Source: Candidatus Heimdallarchaeota archaeon
GTDB taxonomy: Archaea > Asgardarchaeota > Heimdallarchaeia > Heimdallarchaeales > Heimdallarchaeaceae
DNA length: 32,000 nucleotides
Direction of reading: 5' to 3'
Assembly: GCA_030668875.1 (NCBI GenBank)
Contig: DAOVER010000011.1
Coordinates: forward strand, 47,426-79,425
Shown here: piece after piece, positions 8,675-17,437 of the stretch
Numbering within the stretch: the stretch's first letter is position 1
Layout: every line of letters starts with the position of its first letter
The notes under the pieces: generated by a model
The model's input: the letters and a program-made list of their open reading frames with translations, nothing else
The model's database searches: none
What the model was told of the DNA's origin: nothing
Position numbers and translations under genes: made by a program

Positions 8675-10315
8675 CTATCTAACACCCCCTAAAAATTCAT
8701 TTACTTCATTCGAATTTACGAAATGTGGTAATTTCATTTGGAATTGTTCTTCCATCTTTTGTATGAAACGAACAATTTGATTTGGAATTAAGTCAGTCTT
8801 ATTTTCTATTTTATATAGAACTTCTCTTGGTTCACCATCTAGACATATTTTACCATCTTGAATGACAATTAATCTGTCAAGATCAACAAAAATCCTAGGG
8901 TCATTGGAAGCTATAATGACTGTCTTATTTCTAGATGTTGCTCTGTTAATGAGATTAGAAAGAACCTTTCTTCCCCGTTTATCTAAACCTATGGTTGGTT
9001 CATCTATTAGGATTATATCATCAGAGAATTGGAAAGCGTTTATAATAGCAAACAACCTTCTTTCTCCTTCACTTAAATGATACAGTTTCTTATTCATAAG
9101 GTGAGTTAATGCTGTTTCCTTATACAATGAGTGAATTGTTCTAGGTTCTTTGATAACCCGAGATAAATCAAGGAAAGGCGTTGGACCAATCAAAAACAGT
9201 TTGGCATTTTCAGGAACTAAAATCACGTGATTTTTACTTTTCCTTATGCTTTTAACTCTTGAATTATTAAGATAAATCTCACCACTTGCAGTTTTATTAA
9301 TTCCTGAAATGACTTTTAGAAGAGTAGATTTTCCACTACCATTAATACCCATTAATCCAATAGACTGACCTGCATAAAGAGATAAATCTATATCTTTCAG
9401 AACCATATCAGTTTTGGAATTATATCGAAAACTAATGTTGTTTAGTTTAACTGAAACATCATTTTCATCATCTACAATCTTCAGGTCGTTAAGTTTGTAT
9501 TGCCTATCAGGTAAGTTTGTAAAAAAAGTTCCGCATTTATCAACTGCTTCATTAACTGTTAGTATTTGTTCTTTTGATGAACATTCGAGCGTATATATTT
9601 CTGGAGGATCAATGTTCTTCAATAAATCTACTGTTTTTTTTGGTAGTCCATCTGAAATTATTTTACCTTCATCTAATATGATAAGCCTATCAGCTTTTTG
9701 TAATATGTAATCTAATCGGTGTTCAAAAGCTATAACTAAGTGACCTTTGTCTGCAATATCTCTTAATAGCTCAGTTAACATAACTTCAGAGTTTGAATCA
9801 ATTCTTGCGATAGGTTCATCGAGTATTATCAGGGGGGCTTCTGTTATAATTGCAACAGCCAAAGCCACTCTTTGTAATTCTCCAGAACTTAATTCAGTGA
9901 TCAATCGTTTTTTCAGGTGTTTTATCTTTAATAAATCAAGAATATAATCAAGCTTCATTTTAATTTCATTTGCTTCAATTGCAAGATTTTCCAAAACAAA
10001 TGCAATCTCCTCTTCAACCAATAACGATGTTGTGAAATCACTAGGATACTGAGGTACATATCCTAACAGTTTAATCAGTTTTTTTCTTTCCAAACCAAAT
10101 ATGGATTCATTGTTGTATTCAATTACACCTTCTATATCTGCTTTGATGAAATTAGGTATTAAACTCATCAAAACTTTTGCTAGAGTGCTTTTTCCACTCC
10201 CACTCGGTCCGGCAATTACAATGAACTCACCAGCTTTTGCTTTAATATTTACAGAATTAAGAGCCTGTCTTTTCTCTGTTTCATATTTAACTGATAAATC
10301 CCTTATATGGAGCAT
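8675..10315 (-). CDS. ecfA: ECF transporter fused double ATPase (A-A')
   Basis: Two NBDs: GPSGSGKST/LSSGE/LDEP and GINGSGKST/LSEGE/IDEP. Confidence 0.9.
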   Translation of the reverse strand: MLHIRDLSVKYETEKRQALNSVNIKAKAGEFIVIAGPSGSGKSTLAKVLMSLIPNFIKADIEGVIEYNNESIFGLERKKLIKLLGYVPQYPSDFTTSLLVEEEIAFVLENLAIEANEIKMKLDYILDLLKIKHLKKRLITELSSGELQRVALAVAIITEAPLIILDEPIARIDSNSEVMLTELLRDIADKGHLVIAFEHRLDYILQKADRLIILDEGKIISDGLPKKTVDLLKNIDPPEIYTLECSSKEQILTVNEAVDKCGTFFTNLPDRQYKLNDLKIVDDENDVSVKLNNISFRYNSKTDMVLKDIDLSLYAGQSIGLMGINGSGKSTLLKVISGINKTASGEIYLNNSRVKSIRKSKNHVILVPENAKLFLIGPTPFLDLSRVIKEPRTIHSLYKETALTHLMNKKLYHLSEGERRLFAIINAFQFSDDIILIDEPTIGLDKRGRKVLSNLINRATSRNKTVIIASNDPRIFVDLDRLIVIQDGKICLDGEPREVLYKIENKTDLIPNQIVRFIQKMEEQFQMKLPHFVNSNEVNEFLGGVR

Positions 10316-10347
10316 TTTAATCCTCAGTAATTAGTAAATTTTGAAAT

Positions 10348-11196
10348 TTAACATAATATTTCTTTTTGTTCTTTTTCCTCTGTAGTAATTTCATCATTAA
10401 TAATATCTGAGTGAATTACACCTAATTCTCGTAAATAAGATACTATAGGAATTGCAATTGCAGCACCAAATATGACTTGTGCAATATTGAAAGGAATTTC
10501 AAGAGCAACTAAAGTAGCATCATAACTGAGAATATAAATTTCATATAGATAGTAGCCAATTACAATAATAATTCCACCTATACTGCATGAAAGAGCCATT
10601 TCCCCTTTTTCTTTGAGCAGGATAAGTACAAGTATAATTAGAGCACTGAGAATAACAGAAATGATCAAAAATACATATCCTGGAATGTCAACTGAAAATT
10701 CTCCAGCTCCGTAAAATGAAAGACCAACATTAAAAGTTTGATTAGTTAGAAATGCAGAAAAACCAATTAGGAATGAGCATATGATTCCTATAAACACGTA
10801 TTTTAGCCAACCATACACTCTTCTGCTATAATGGAATAAAAGCCCGACAACAAAACCTTCAGCTGCCTTCAATATTGCTGTTGCTGGTGCAAAATGACCA
10901 AAACCTAAAGCTAAATCTGCCATTGATGCACCTAATCCACCTGCAATTGCTCCAGTTATTGGACCACCAATTAAAGCTGCTAAGTAAACGAAAGCCTCTC
11001 CTATGTTAAAGAAACCATTTGAAGCTGGAATATAAATGAAGAATATTGATGTTGATAGAAACACTAAAGCTGTAAAAGATACAATTAACGCAATCCCACG
11101 TATAGAAGAGACTTCTTTTAGAATTTTATTTTTCAATAAATTTTCTTGATCTGATAGATTTGTTTCTCGACTTAAGTTATCTTTATCTGTACTCAT
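10348..11196 (-). CDS. ECF transporter S (substrate-binding) component, substrate unknown
   Basis: GFFNIGEAFVYLAALIGGP...GGLGASMADL and IPFNIAQ motifs. First gene of the S-A-T unit. SD GGTGAG upstream. Confidence 0.85.
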   Translation of the reverse strand: MSTDKDNLSRETNLSDQENLLKNKILKEVSSIRGIALIVSFTALVFLSTSIFFIYIPASNGFFNIGEAFVYLAALIGGPITGAIAGGLGASMADLALGFGHFAPATAILKAAEGFVVGLLFHYSRRVYGWLKYVFIGIICSFLIGFSAFLTNQTFNVGLSFYGAGEFSVDIPGYVFLIISVILSALIILVLILLKEKGEMALSCSIGGIIIVIGYYLYEIYILSYDATLVALEIPFNIAQVIFGAAIAIPIVSYLRELGVIHSDIINDEITTEEKEQKEILC

Positions 11197-11219
11197 ATTC
11201 TCACCAACAAAAAGATATT

Positions 11220-11248
11220 CAAGTTACAACTTGTATAGTAATATAAAA
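11220..11248 (-). promoter_or_regulatory. ECF operon TATA box plus candidate palindromic operator
   Basis: TTTTATAT on the minus strand at 11241-11248. Inverted repeat CAAGTT-AC-AACTTG at 11220-11233 between the TATA box and ATG 11196. Confidence 0.4.
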
Positions 11249-11399
11249 TCTTTTAGGTGGATATCTGAAGCAAGGAAGGAAGATGAGTAACCATTTATTT
11301 TTCAATTGAAGTTTCATCTTTTCAAAATATATCAATCCTACTTTAATTTTTTAAAGGATAACCTATTCATATATCTGAAAAAAAAGGAAATTGATTATT

Positions 11400-11759
11400 A
11401 TGAAAAATAAGAAATTACTAACTGGCATAAGTTTTCTAGCTCTACTAGTTTTAGCTACACAGCTTTCAATGATTGGATATGCTGATGAGACAGTAATTGT
11501 AAGAGATTTCGACAGAGATCGAGACCAATATCAAGATGGTACATGTGAAGATCCAAATGAAAATAATTACAATAGTACAATTGTTCCCCCCGAAACAAAT
11601 AACGGAAATGATACATGTATCCCCCCTGGAGATGGAGATCAGATAAGAGAAAGAGATCGTATTAGAGATCAAATTCAAGATGGAACATGTAATTGTACTT
11701 GTATTTGTGAACAAGATGGAATTCAAGAACAACTTCAATTACAAGATGGAAATTGCTAA
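11400..11759 (+). CDS. Small secreted Cys-rich protein with DRDR/QDGxC repeats
   Basis: MKNKK plus hydrophobic signal-peptide-like segment, four QDG motifs, seven Cys and a T-rich tract downstream. ATG 11400 is preferred over TTG 11391. Confidence 0.72.
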   Translation: MKNKKLLTGISFLALLVLATQLSMIGYADETVIVRDFDRDRDQYQDGTCEDPNENNYNSTIVPPETNNGNDTCIPPGDGDQIRERDRIRDQIQDGTCNCTCICEQDGIQEQLQLQDGNC

Positions 11760-11780
11760 CTGTAGACAAATAATCCAACT

Positions 11781-11800
11781 ATTTTTTTTCTTTTTTAATT
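11781..11800 (+). terminator. Oligo-T terminator
   Basis: ATTTTTTTTCTTTTTTAATT after the 11759 stop. Confidence 0.5.
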
Positions 11801-11807
11801 TTAGAAA

Positions 11808-13151
11808 TCAGAGATAATCTATCAAGTTTCTCATGTTATCCAAAGTTTCCAGGCCTTTTGTTGTCAGTTCATAGTGTTTTCTTGTAACTTCCATCTCACT
11901 AGGTACAATCATTCCTTTTTCTTCTAATTCTGTTAAATGCTGATAAATTGATTGAAGAGATTGATTTTTACCTAAAGAAATCCAAATTGAATAACCATAA
12001 TCAGCTTTCTTTCCAGCAATGAGATTGAGGATTTCAAACTTTGTAGTAGAGCTTTCTGATAATCCCCAAACAACTTTCTTCTTTCCTCTTAATCTAGCTG
12101 CGTAAACGTTAAGTGTACTTAATCCAGAACCAGACAGGATAGCAACACTAGATTTTGAATCTATTATTCCTTCTTGAATGAGATTTTTAGCAGCAACTAA
12201 TACTGATGCTGAGGCTGGTTCAATAAACAGTCCTTCATTTTTAGCTAAAATTAAAGCTTCATCTAACATAGACTCGGCGTCGATTTCTATTTCATTCCCA
12301 TTTGTTTTTTGAATTATCTTTTTCACTTCTTCCAGAAGAAATACCTTTGTAATCTCTAATGATTCTGCTAAATGAGCTACTTTTGTTTTTTCTAATGAAA
12401 CAGCATAAATCTTTGGATATTCTTCAATCCATCCTGAGGCAATAGCATCTTCTAAACCTCGAAAAATGGAATAGATTAAAGATCCTGACCCTCTTGGCAC
12501 TATTATGCTGTCTATAGTGTCTTTCTGTAAAACTATTTCTAGACCAATTGTTTTCTGACCTTCAATAGTTAGAAGATTATTATCTGGAGATGCGTGATAT
12601 ACTTTGTTATCTTGTGCTAGTGTGGAAGAATATTCAATTGCTTCGTCAACTGATTCACCTTTTTCAATAATCTGACTGCCATATATTTTGATTTGTTCAA
12701 TTTTGGAAAGTTCAAGATTTTGTGGGATAACACTTATAGAATCGATTTTAGCTTTTGCAGCATAAGCTGCTAAACTAATACTAAAAGCCCCAGTACTTGC
12801 ACCAACAATAGTTTGTGATTTGTTTTGATATGCATCTGAAACTAATAAAGAACTTGCTCTATCTCGAAAAGAACCAGTAGGATTCCTGAAATCGAGTTTC
12901 AAGCTTAAATCTTGATAATCAGCTATGTTCTTGACAGGCAATAGTGGAGTATTGCCCTCAAAAAGTGAAATTGGTTTGGAAAAATCAGGAAGAAAAGAAT
13001 GTAAAGACCACATTGAGGATAGTTTGACATCACTAAATGATGGTCCACTAATTGGAGGAATGGCAACTAACCCTTTGCAGTTTGAACACCTTAGTTGTGG
13101 ACCTTTGAAAGTTTTTCTACAATCATTACAAGTCGGTTGATTCTTCCACAT
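11808..13151 (-). CDS. Threonine-synthase-fold (PLP fold type II) protein lacking the Schiff-base Lys, with N-terminal Zn ribbon and C-terminal PadR-like winged HTH
   Basis: CNDC...CSNC, EGNTPL, NPTGSFRDR (K to R), ASTG, EGQKTI and EPASA motifs. C-terminal KFEILNLI...YGYSIW...SIYQHLTELEEKGMI...YELT wHTH pattern. ATG 13151 is preferred over TTG 13160. Confidence 0.85.
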   Translation of the reverse strand: MWKNQPTCNDCRKTFKGPQLRCSNCKGLVAIPPISGPSFSDVKLSSMWSLHSFLPDFSKPISLFEGNTPLLPVKNIADYQDLSLKLDFRNPTGSFRDRASSLLVSDAYQNKSQTIVGASTGAFSISLAAYAAKAKIDSISVIPQNLELSKIEQIKIYGSQIIEKGESVDEAIEYSSTLAQDNKVYHASPDNNLLTIEGQKTIGLEIVLQKDTIDSIIVPRGSGSLIYSIFRGLEDAIASGWIEEYPKIYAVSLEKTKVAHLAESLEITKVFLLEEVKKIIQKTNGNEIEIDAESMLDEALILAKNEGLFIEPASASVLVAAKNLIQEGIIDSKSSVAILSGSGLSTLNVYAARLRGKKKVVWGLSESSTTKFEILNLIAGKKADYGYSIWISLGKNQSLQSIYQHLTELEEKGMIVPSEMEVTRKHYELTTKGLETLDNMRNLIDYL

Positions 13152-13190
13152 TATTACCAACGATTAGCACGATAAAATATAATGTTATTG

Positions 13191-13388
13191 CTATACAGAC
13201 AGTGCCATAGGTTCCTCATTTTTATCAATTTCAATATCGCAAGAACATAATTCATCCATAACTTCTTCAATTTGGAAGGAAAGAGGATCCTTGAATTCAA
13301 GAAAGTAATTCATATTCTGTTTTGATAAGAAATCAACCAGCTTAACCAACAATTGCTTTTCTTTTGGAGATTGAACAACTATCCGCAT
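13191..13388 (-). CDS. Small hypothetical protein (65 aa)
   Basis: ATG start, fills the intergenic gap, same strand and 30-40 nt upstream of the ThrC-like gene. No recognised motif. Confidence 0.55.
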   Translation of the reverse strand: MRIVVQSPKEKQLLVKLVDFLSKQNMNYFLEFKDPLSFQIEEVMDELCSCDIEIDKNEEPMALSV

Positions 13389-13482
13389 GAAATAACAGTT
13401 TCATGAATATACAAAAAGATTACCGAAGAGCATATTGCCATTTACTTCACACTTATTAACCATGAAGAAGAAACAATCATCG

Positions 13483-13929
13483 ATGATTCAAGCTATTTAC
13501 ATTATCTCAAGAAATGGTGTTCCTATTCACTTCAAGGAACTTCTGGAAGAAGAAGATAATGTAACTAAAGCTACACTATTTACAGGAATTATATCAGCAA
13601 TTCAAACTGTTTTAAGAGAGATTGATGCAGGTGATGCGAATTACTTCACAACAGCAACTCATGAAATCTTTCTTGAAGTAACAAATGATTTTGCAGTTGC
13701 TCTTGTCACAGAAGTTGATGAAGACTCTGATAAACAGTCAATGAATACTTTGATGTCAGAAATTATAACAGAAATAACTTTTCAATTTGAAGAAATACCC
13801 GAGATTGGTTTCTTAATTCAGGAAGATCAAAGTAAAATTGAGGGAATTGTTGATAGAAATTTAGCTAAATGGGAGAGCAGAAAAGAAGAGGGAAGTGCAA
13901 CAAAGAAATTAAAAGATGCCTTATGGTGA
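13483..13929 (+). CDS. Longin/roadblock-like domain protein
   Basis: MIQAIYIISRNGVPI (beta-beta), TLFTGIISAIQTVLREI (helix), then beta strands, a longin-like pattern common in Asgard archaea. Alternative starts at 13462 and 13435. Confidence 0.7.
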   Translation: MIQAIYIISRNGVPIHFKELLEEEDNVTKATLFTGIISAIQTVLREIDAGDANYFTTATHEIFLEVTNDFAVALVTEVDEDSDKQSMNTLMSEIITEITFQFEEIPEIGFLIQEDQSKIEGIVDRNLAKWESRKEEGSATKKLKDALW

Positions 13930-13933
13930 TAAT

Positions 13934-14653
13934 ATGTTTGAACAGAATGGAATTCCAGTTTTAGCCTTGATAATTGAACCACTAGTTGCAGTAGGTATGC
14001 TAATACTAGCAGTAAGTGGTTTTATGAAATATAGAGAGAAAAAGAGACAACCAACATTATTCCTCACTCTTAGCTTTGTTTTCTACGCATTAGCAATTGC
14101 AAGTAGTGGAATAGGAAAATGGTTACAGTTCTTTGTAAATGTACCTTCAGAGGATATATTCTTCGCAGATGGAACTATTCTAATAGCATATTGTTTGACT
14201 GCAATAGCAACAGTTTTTCTTATGATATTTGTGGATTTAGTATTCTTAGAAGTAGGACCCTGGTTTGTTGCTTTAGTTGGCATAATAAATGGTATCACAG
14301 TAGGAATGATGATCACTAAATTAAACTTCTCAAGTGAAGCTTATGATGAAGCACTAAATATTGTTATATTTCATGCACTAGTCACACTAGCTTTGGTTTT
14401 ACTTCTAGCTATTTTATCTTTTAGAGAAGCTCAACAGAATAAAGAGAGATTACCTAAAATGGGCTTTACATTCATAGGACTCTATGGTTTATTCGTGAGC
14501 ATGGTATTTGTGCTATTTGCAGTGGATATTGCCTTAGGAGGCGGATATTCAGCGTTTTATTATCTTGCATGGGTATCAGCAGGTTTAGGTTCACTATTTG
14601 GATACGTTGGATATATTATGCCCGATTGGTTTAAAAAACTTCTAAAGATTTAA
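13934..14653 (+). CDS. Stand-alone seven-transmembrane protein
   Basis: Seven hydrophobic segments and a short amphipathic tail MPDWFKKLLKI. GGTGA SD overlaps the longin stop, supporting ATG 13934. Confidence 0.75.
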   Translation: MFEQNGIPVLALIIEPLVAVGMLILAVSGFMKYREKKRQPTLFLTLSFVFYALAIASSGIGKWLQFFVNVPSEDIFFADGTILIAYCLTAIATVFLMIFVDLVFLEVGPWFVALVGIINGITVGMMITKLNFSSEAYDEALNIVIFHALVTLALVLLLAILSFREAQQNKERLPKMGFTFIGLYGLFVSMVFVLFAVDIALGGGYSAFYYLAWVSAGLGSLFGYVGYIMPDWFKKLLKI

Positions 14654-14687
14654 GGGTAATTCCATTTATCCTTTTCTTATTTTACTT

Positions 14688-14738
14688 AACCTTCAAAATC
14701 TCATTTTTGAAAGGTTGTACGAGAAAATTATTTATATA
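14688..14738 (+). promoter_or_regulatory. fadD promoter (BRE/TATA) with upstream inverted repeat
   Basis: GAGAAAA then TTTATATA at 14731-14738. Imperfect inverted repeat AACCTTCAAAA-N6-TTTTGAAAGGTT at 14688-14716. Confidence 0.45.
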
Positions 14739-14780
14739 AGCTCTAATTTTGAATAAGAATAACAGTAAGTAGGGTTATAC

Positions 14781-16493
14781 ATGCCAAAAAAAATATGGAA
14801 TTATTGTGAAGGTATTCCTGAGACAGTTGAAGTACCTGAAATAAGTATGAGTGAGCTGTTCAGAAATACAGTTGATAAGTATCCTGAAAGGAATGCAACT
14901 CATTTTAAAGGCAAATTCATGACATATACAGAAATTGAAGAAGATGTCAATAGATTAGCAAACGCTCTTCAAGATTTAGGTATAAAGAAAGGTGATAAAG
15001 TAGCAATTTTAACTCCTAATTCCCCACAGTTTGTAGTATCATTTTTAGCTACAATGTCTTTAGGAGCAGTGCTTACCGCAATTAGTCCTCTGGCTACAGT
15101 TAAAGAAATAAGATTTCAACTACAAGATAGTGAGGCTAAAGCAATAATAGCTATGGATTTATTTCTAGATAAAATAAGAGAAATTAAAGATGAAACAAAC
15201 ATTAAGCATGTTATAGTCTCATCTGTAGCCGATGCATTACCACCAGTAACAGCATTTCTATATAAATACGTTATTGGAAGAAAGAATCCAAAAGTAAAAG
15301 GAGAATTAGTCTATAAGAAAGTTCTAAAAACAGCTGAGAACAAAAGAATAAATACAAAGATTAATGCTAAAGAAGACGTAGCCGTCCTACAATACACAGG
15401 AGGGACAACTGGGATAATTAAGGGCGCGATGCTGACTCACTACAATCTAATAGCTCAAGCTACTATTTTACCCTATTGGGATAAGTGGTTACCTGAACGA
15501 CCTAAAGGTCAGTATCAGATCCTAGGAGTCTTACCACTATCACACATTTTCGGTCTATCAACATCTTTCTTCTGGTCTATATCCGTAGGTGGTTGTTTAT
15601 ATCTAGTTCCTGATCCTCGTGATTTGGATAGCATTTTAACCGAAATTCATAAGAACGGAATTCAATGGATGAATGCAGTACCTGTACTTTTCCAAAAACT
15701 AGCTGAGCATCCAAAAATCGGAAAGTATGATTTAACCTCTTTGTACTTGTGTATTTCCGGCGGTGAAGCACTTCCCGAAACAACAACTCAAAAATTCGAA
15801 AAAGCTTCAAGATGTATTCTAGTCGAAGGATATGGTCTTTCTGAAAGTTCCCCAGTTACCCATGTCAATCCAGCTAATTATGATAAACGCAGAGTTGGTT
15901 CAATTGGTATTCCACTTCCAAATACAATCTCAATGATTGTTGATATTGATACACACGAAGAGATATCTGAATTTGGTGTTCCTGGAGAACTTTGGATTCG
16001 CGGTCCTAGCGTTATGAAAGGTTATTGGAATAATAAGGAAGAAACTGAAAATACTTTAGTTAAGGGTTGGTTACGTACTGGTGACATTGCTACTTATGCT
16101 GAAGGTGGTTACTTCTCTATTGTAGATCGAGCAAAGGATATGATTAGTGTTTCTGGTTACAAAGTATGGCCAAACGAAGTAGAAGACGTTTTATACACCC
16201 ATCCTGACATCAACATGGTAGCTGTTGTTCAATCTAAAACTGAAACTGGTGAGATGGTTAAGGCTGTCTTAGTTGCTGAACCCGGAAGTAAAGAATTAAC
16301 TCAAGCTGAGATTAAAGAATTTTGCAAAGATCAACTTTCTCCATATAAAATCCCTAAAATTATCGAGTATAGGAAAGAATTACCTAGATCTCCAGTTGGA
16401 AAAGTATTGAGAAAATTACTGAGAACAGATGTTTCTGTTCCTGATAGCAGATCAGCAACTCCAGAAAGGAGTAAAGAGACAATAAATAACTAA
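14781..16493 (+). CDS. fadD: Long-chain fatty acid-CoA ligase (AMP-forming)
   Basis: QYTGGTTGIIKG P-loop, EGYGLSE, GWLRTGD, DRAKDMI and LPRSPVGK motifs. Confidence 0.9.
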   Translation: MPKKIWNYCEGIPETVEVPEISMSELFRNTVDKYPERNATHFKGKFMTYTEIEEDVNRLANALQDLGIKKGDKVAILTPNSPQFVVSFLATMSLGAVLTAISPLATVKEIRFQLQDSEAKAIIAMDLFLDKIREIKDETNIKHVIVSSVADALPPVTAFLYKYVIGRKNPKVKGELVYKKVLKTAENKRINTKINAKEDVAVLQYTGGTTGIIKGAMLTHYNLIAQATILPYWDKWLPERPKGQYQILGVLPLSHIFGLSTSFFWSISVGGCLYLVPDPRDLDSILTEIHKNGIQWMNAVPVLFQKLAEHPKIGKYDLTSLYLCISGGEALPETTTQKFEKASRCILVEGYGLSESSPVTHVNPANYDKRRVGSIGIPLPNTISMIVDIDTHEEISEFGVPGELWIRGPSVMKGYWNNKEETENTLVKGWLRTGDIATYAEGGYFSIVDRAKDMISVSGYKVWPNEVEDVLYTHPDINMVAVVQSKTETGEMVKAVLVAEPGSKELTQAEIKEFCKDQLSPYKIPKIIEYRKELPRSPVGKVLRKLLRTDVSVPDSRSATPERSKETINN

Positions 16494-16520
16494 TCTCTTT
16501 TCACTTTTTTATTTATTTTA
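16494..16520 (+). terminator. Oligo-T terminator
   Basis: T-rich tract immediately after the fadD stop. Confidence 0.5.
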
Positions 16521-16570
16521 ACTTATCAACCTCTTCACATTGTATACTTAAATCATTAATTTTTTTAATT

Positions 16571-17335
16571 TTAAGCACTTATTATTTCTTGGGCTTTTTT
16601 TAGAATTATCTTCTTAATTGGTTTCAAACTGAAAATAAATCGTGATACAGGTATGATTTGCTGGTTTACTTTTTTCTGGGTAGTGGAGGTAATTTTCCTT
16701 TGGAGGGCTAGTTCAACTCCTGCTTGTGTAAGGGCTTTATAAACCTGGAAAATTCTTGGAAAGCGGTTTTCCTTTTCTTTGTCCAAACCATGCCCCGTTA
16801 AAACCCCTCCTTGACAAGTAAGCATCCCCATTAAAGGTGCATCTAAAAATTGAGCAAATCTCTTAAAATAGACAATGGGTGTTTGGGTAATCTTAGGTTC
16901 GATATTATCTGAACAAATTAAGGCTACAAATGGTTTTGAATTGATTTTTTTGTTAACATGGTGAAAGAACAGACCACTTTCAGTTATTTTTAAATCATTT
17001 ACTTTACATGTACCATAAAAACGTTCAAAAAATATTTTTAAAAGTCCTGAAATATTAAAAACATAAACTGGAGTCGCATAGATAACGAGATCAGCTTCCT
17101 CCATTTTCTTAAAAATTGCTGCAACATCATCTTTTTTGCTATAAACACAATTTAATAACCCATCATCACTTTGGCAGTGATTGCAGCCTAAACACCTTTC
17201 AATTTTGTAGTTTGCAAGGGGAATAGATTCACATATCGCACCATTTTCTTTGGCTCCAGTAAAAATTTTTTCAATTAAAAATTGTGTATAACCCACAGCT
17301 CCCCGATGGCTTCCATTGATAGCAACAATTTTCAT
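16571..17335 (-). CDS. Flavodoxin-like iron-sulfur flavoprotein / NADPH-dependent FMN reductase family
   Basis: MKIVAINGSHR start, CLGCNHC...C cluster motif and ATPVY...SGLLKIFFER. ATG 17335 is preferred over the ORF-track start 17380. Confidence 0.85.
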   Translation of the reverse strand: MKIVAINGSHRGAVGYTQFLIEKIFTGAKENGAICESIPLANYKIERCLGCNHCQSDDGLLNCVYSKKDDVAAIFKKMEEADLVIYATPVYVFNISGLLKIFFERFYGTCKVNDLKITESGLFFHHVNKKINSKPFVALICSDNIEPKITQTPIVYFKRFAQFLDAPLMGMLTCQGGVLTGHGLDKEKENRFPRIFQVYKALTQAGVELALQRKITSTTQKKVNQQIIPVSRFIFSLKPIKKIILKKAQEIISA

Positions 17336-17341
17336 GAATAA

Positions 17342-17356
17342 TATCATACTATGATA
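17342..17356. promoter_or_regulatory. Candidate palindromic operator
   Basis: TATCATA-C-TATGATA, a perfect 7-bp inverted repeat just upstream of ATG 17335. Confidence 0.4.
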
Positions 17357-17437
17357 ATTAAATACTTTATCAATAATCATGAAAGATAAAAAATATCATT
17401 AGAAAATAGGATAAAAAGAATTGATGGTTAAAATAGT

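Noticed and set aside
11400-11759. Repeated CAAGATGG as a CRISPR or DNA-level repeat array
   Set aside because: The repeats are short, in frame and irregularly spaced, and are explained by the protein QDG repeats.
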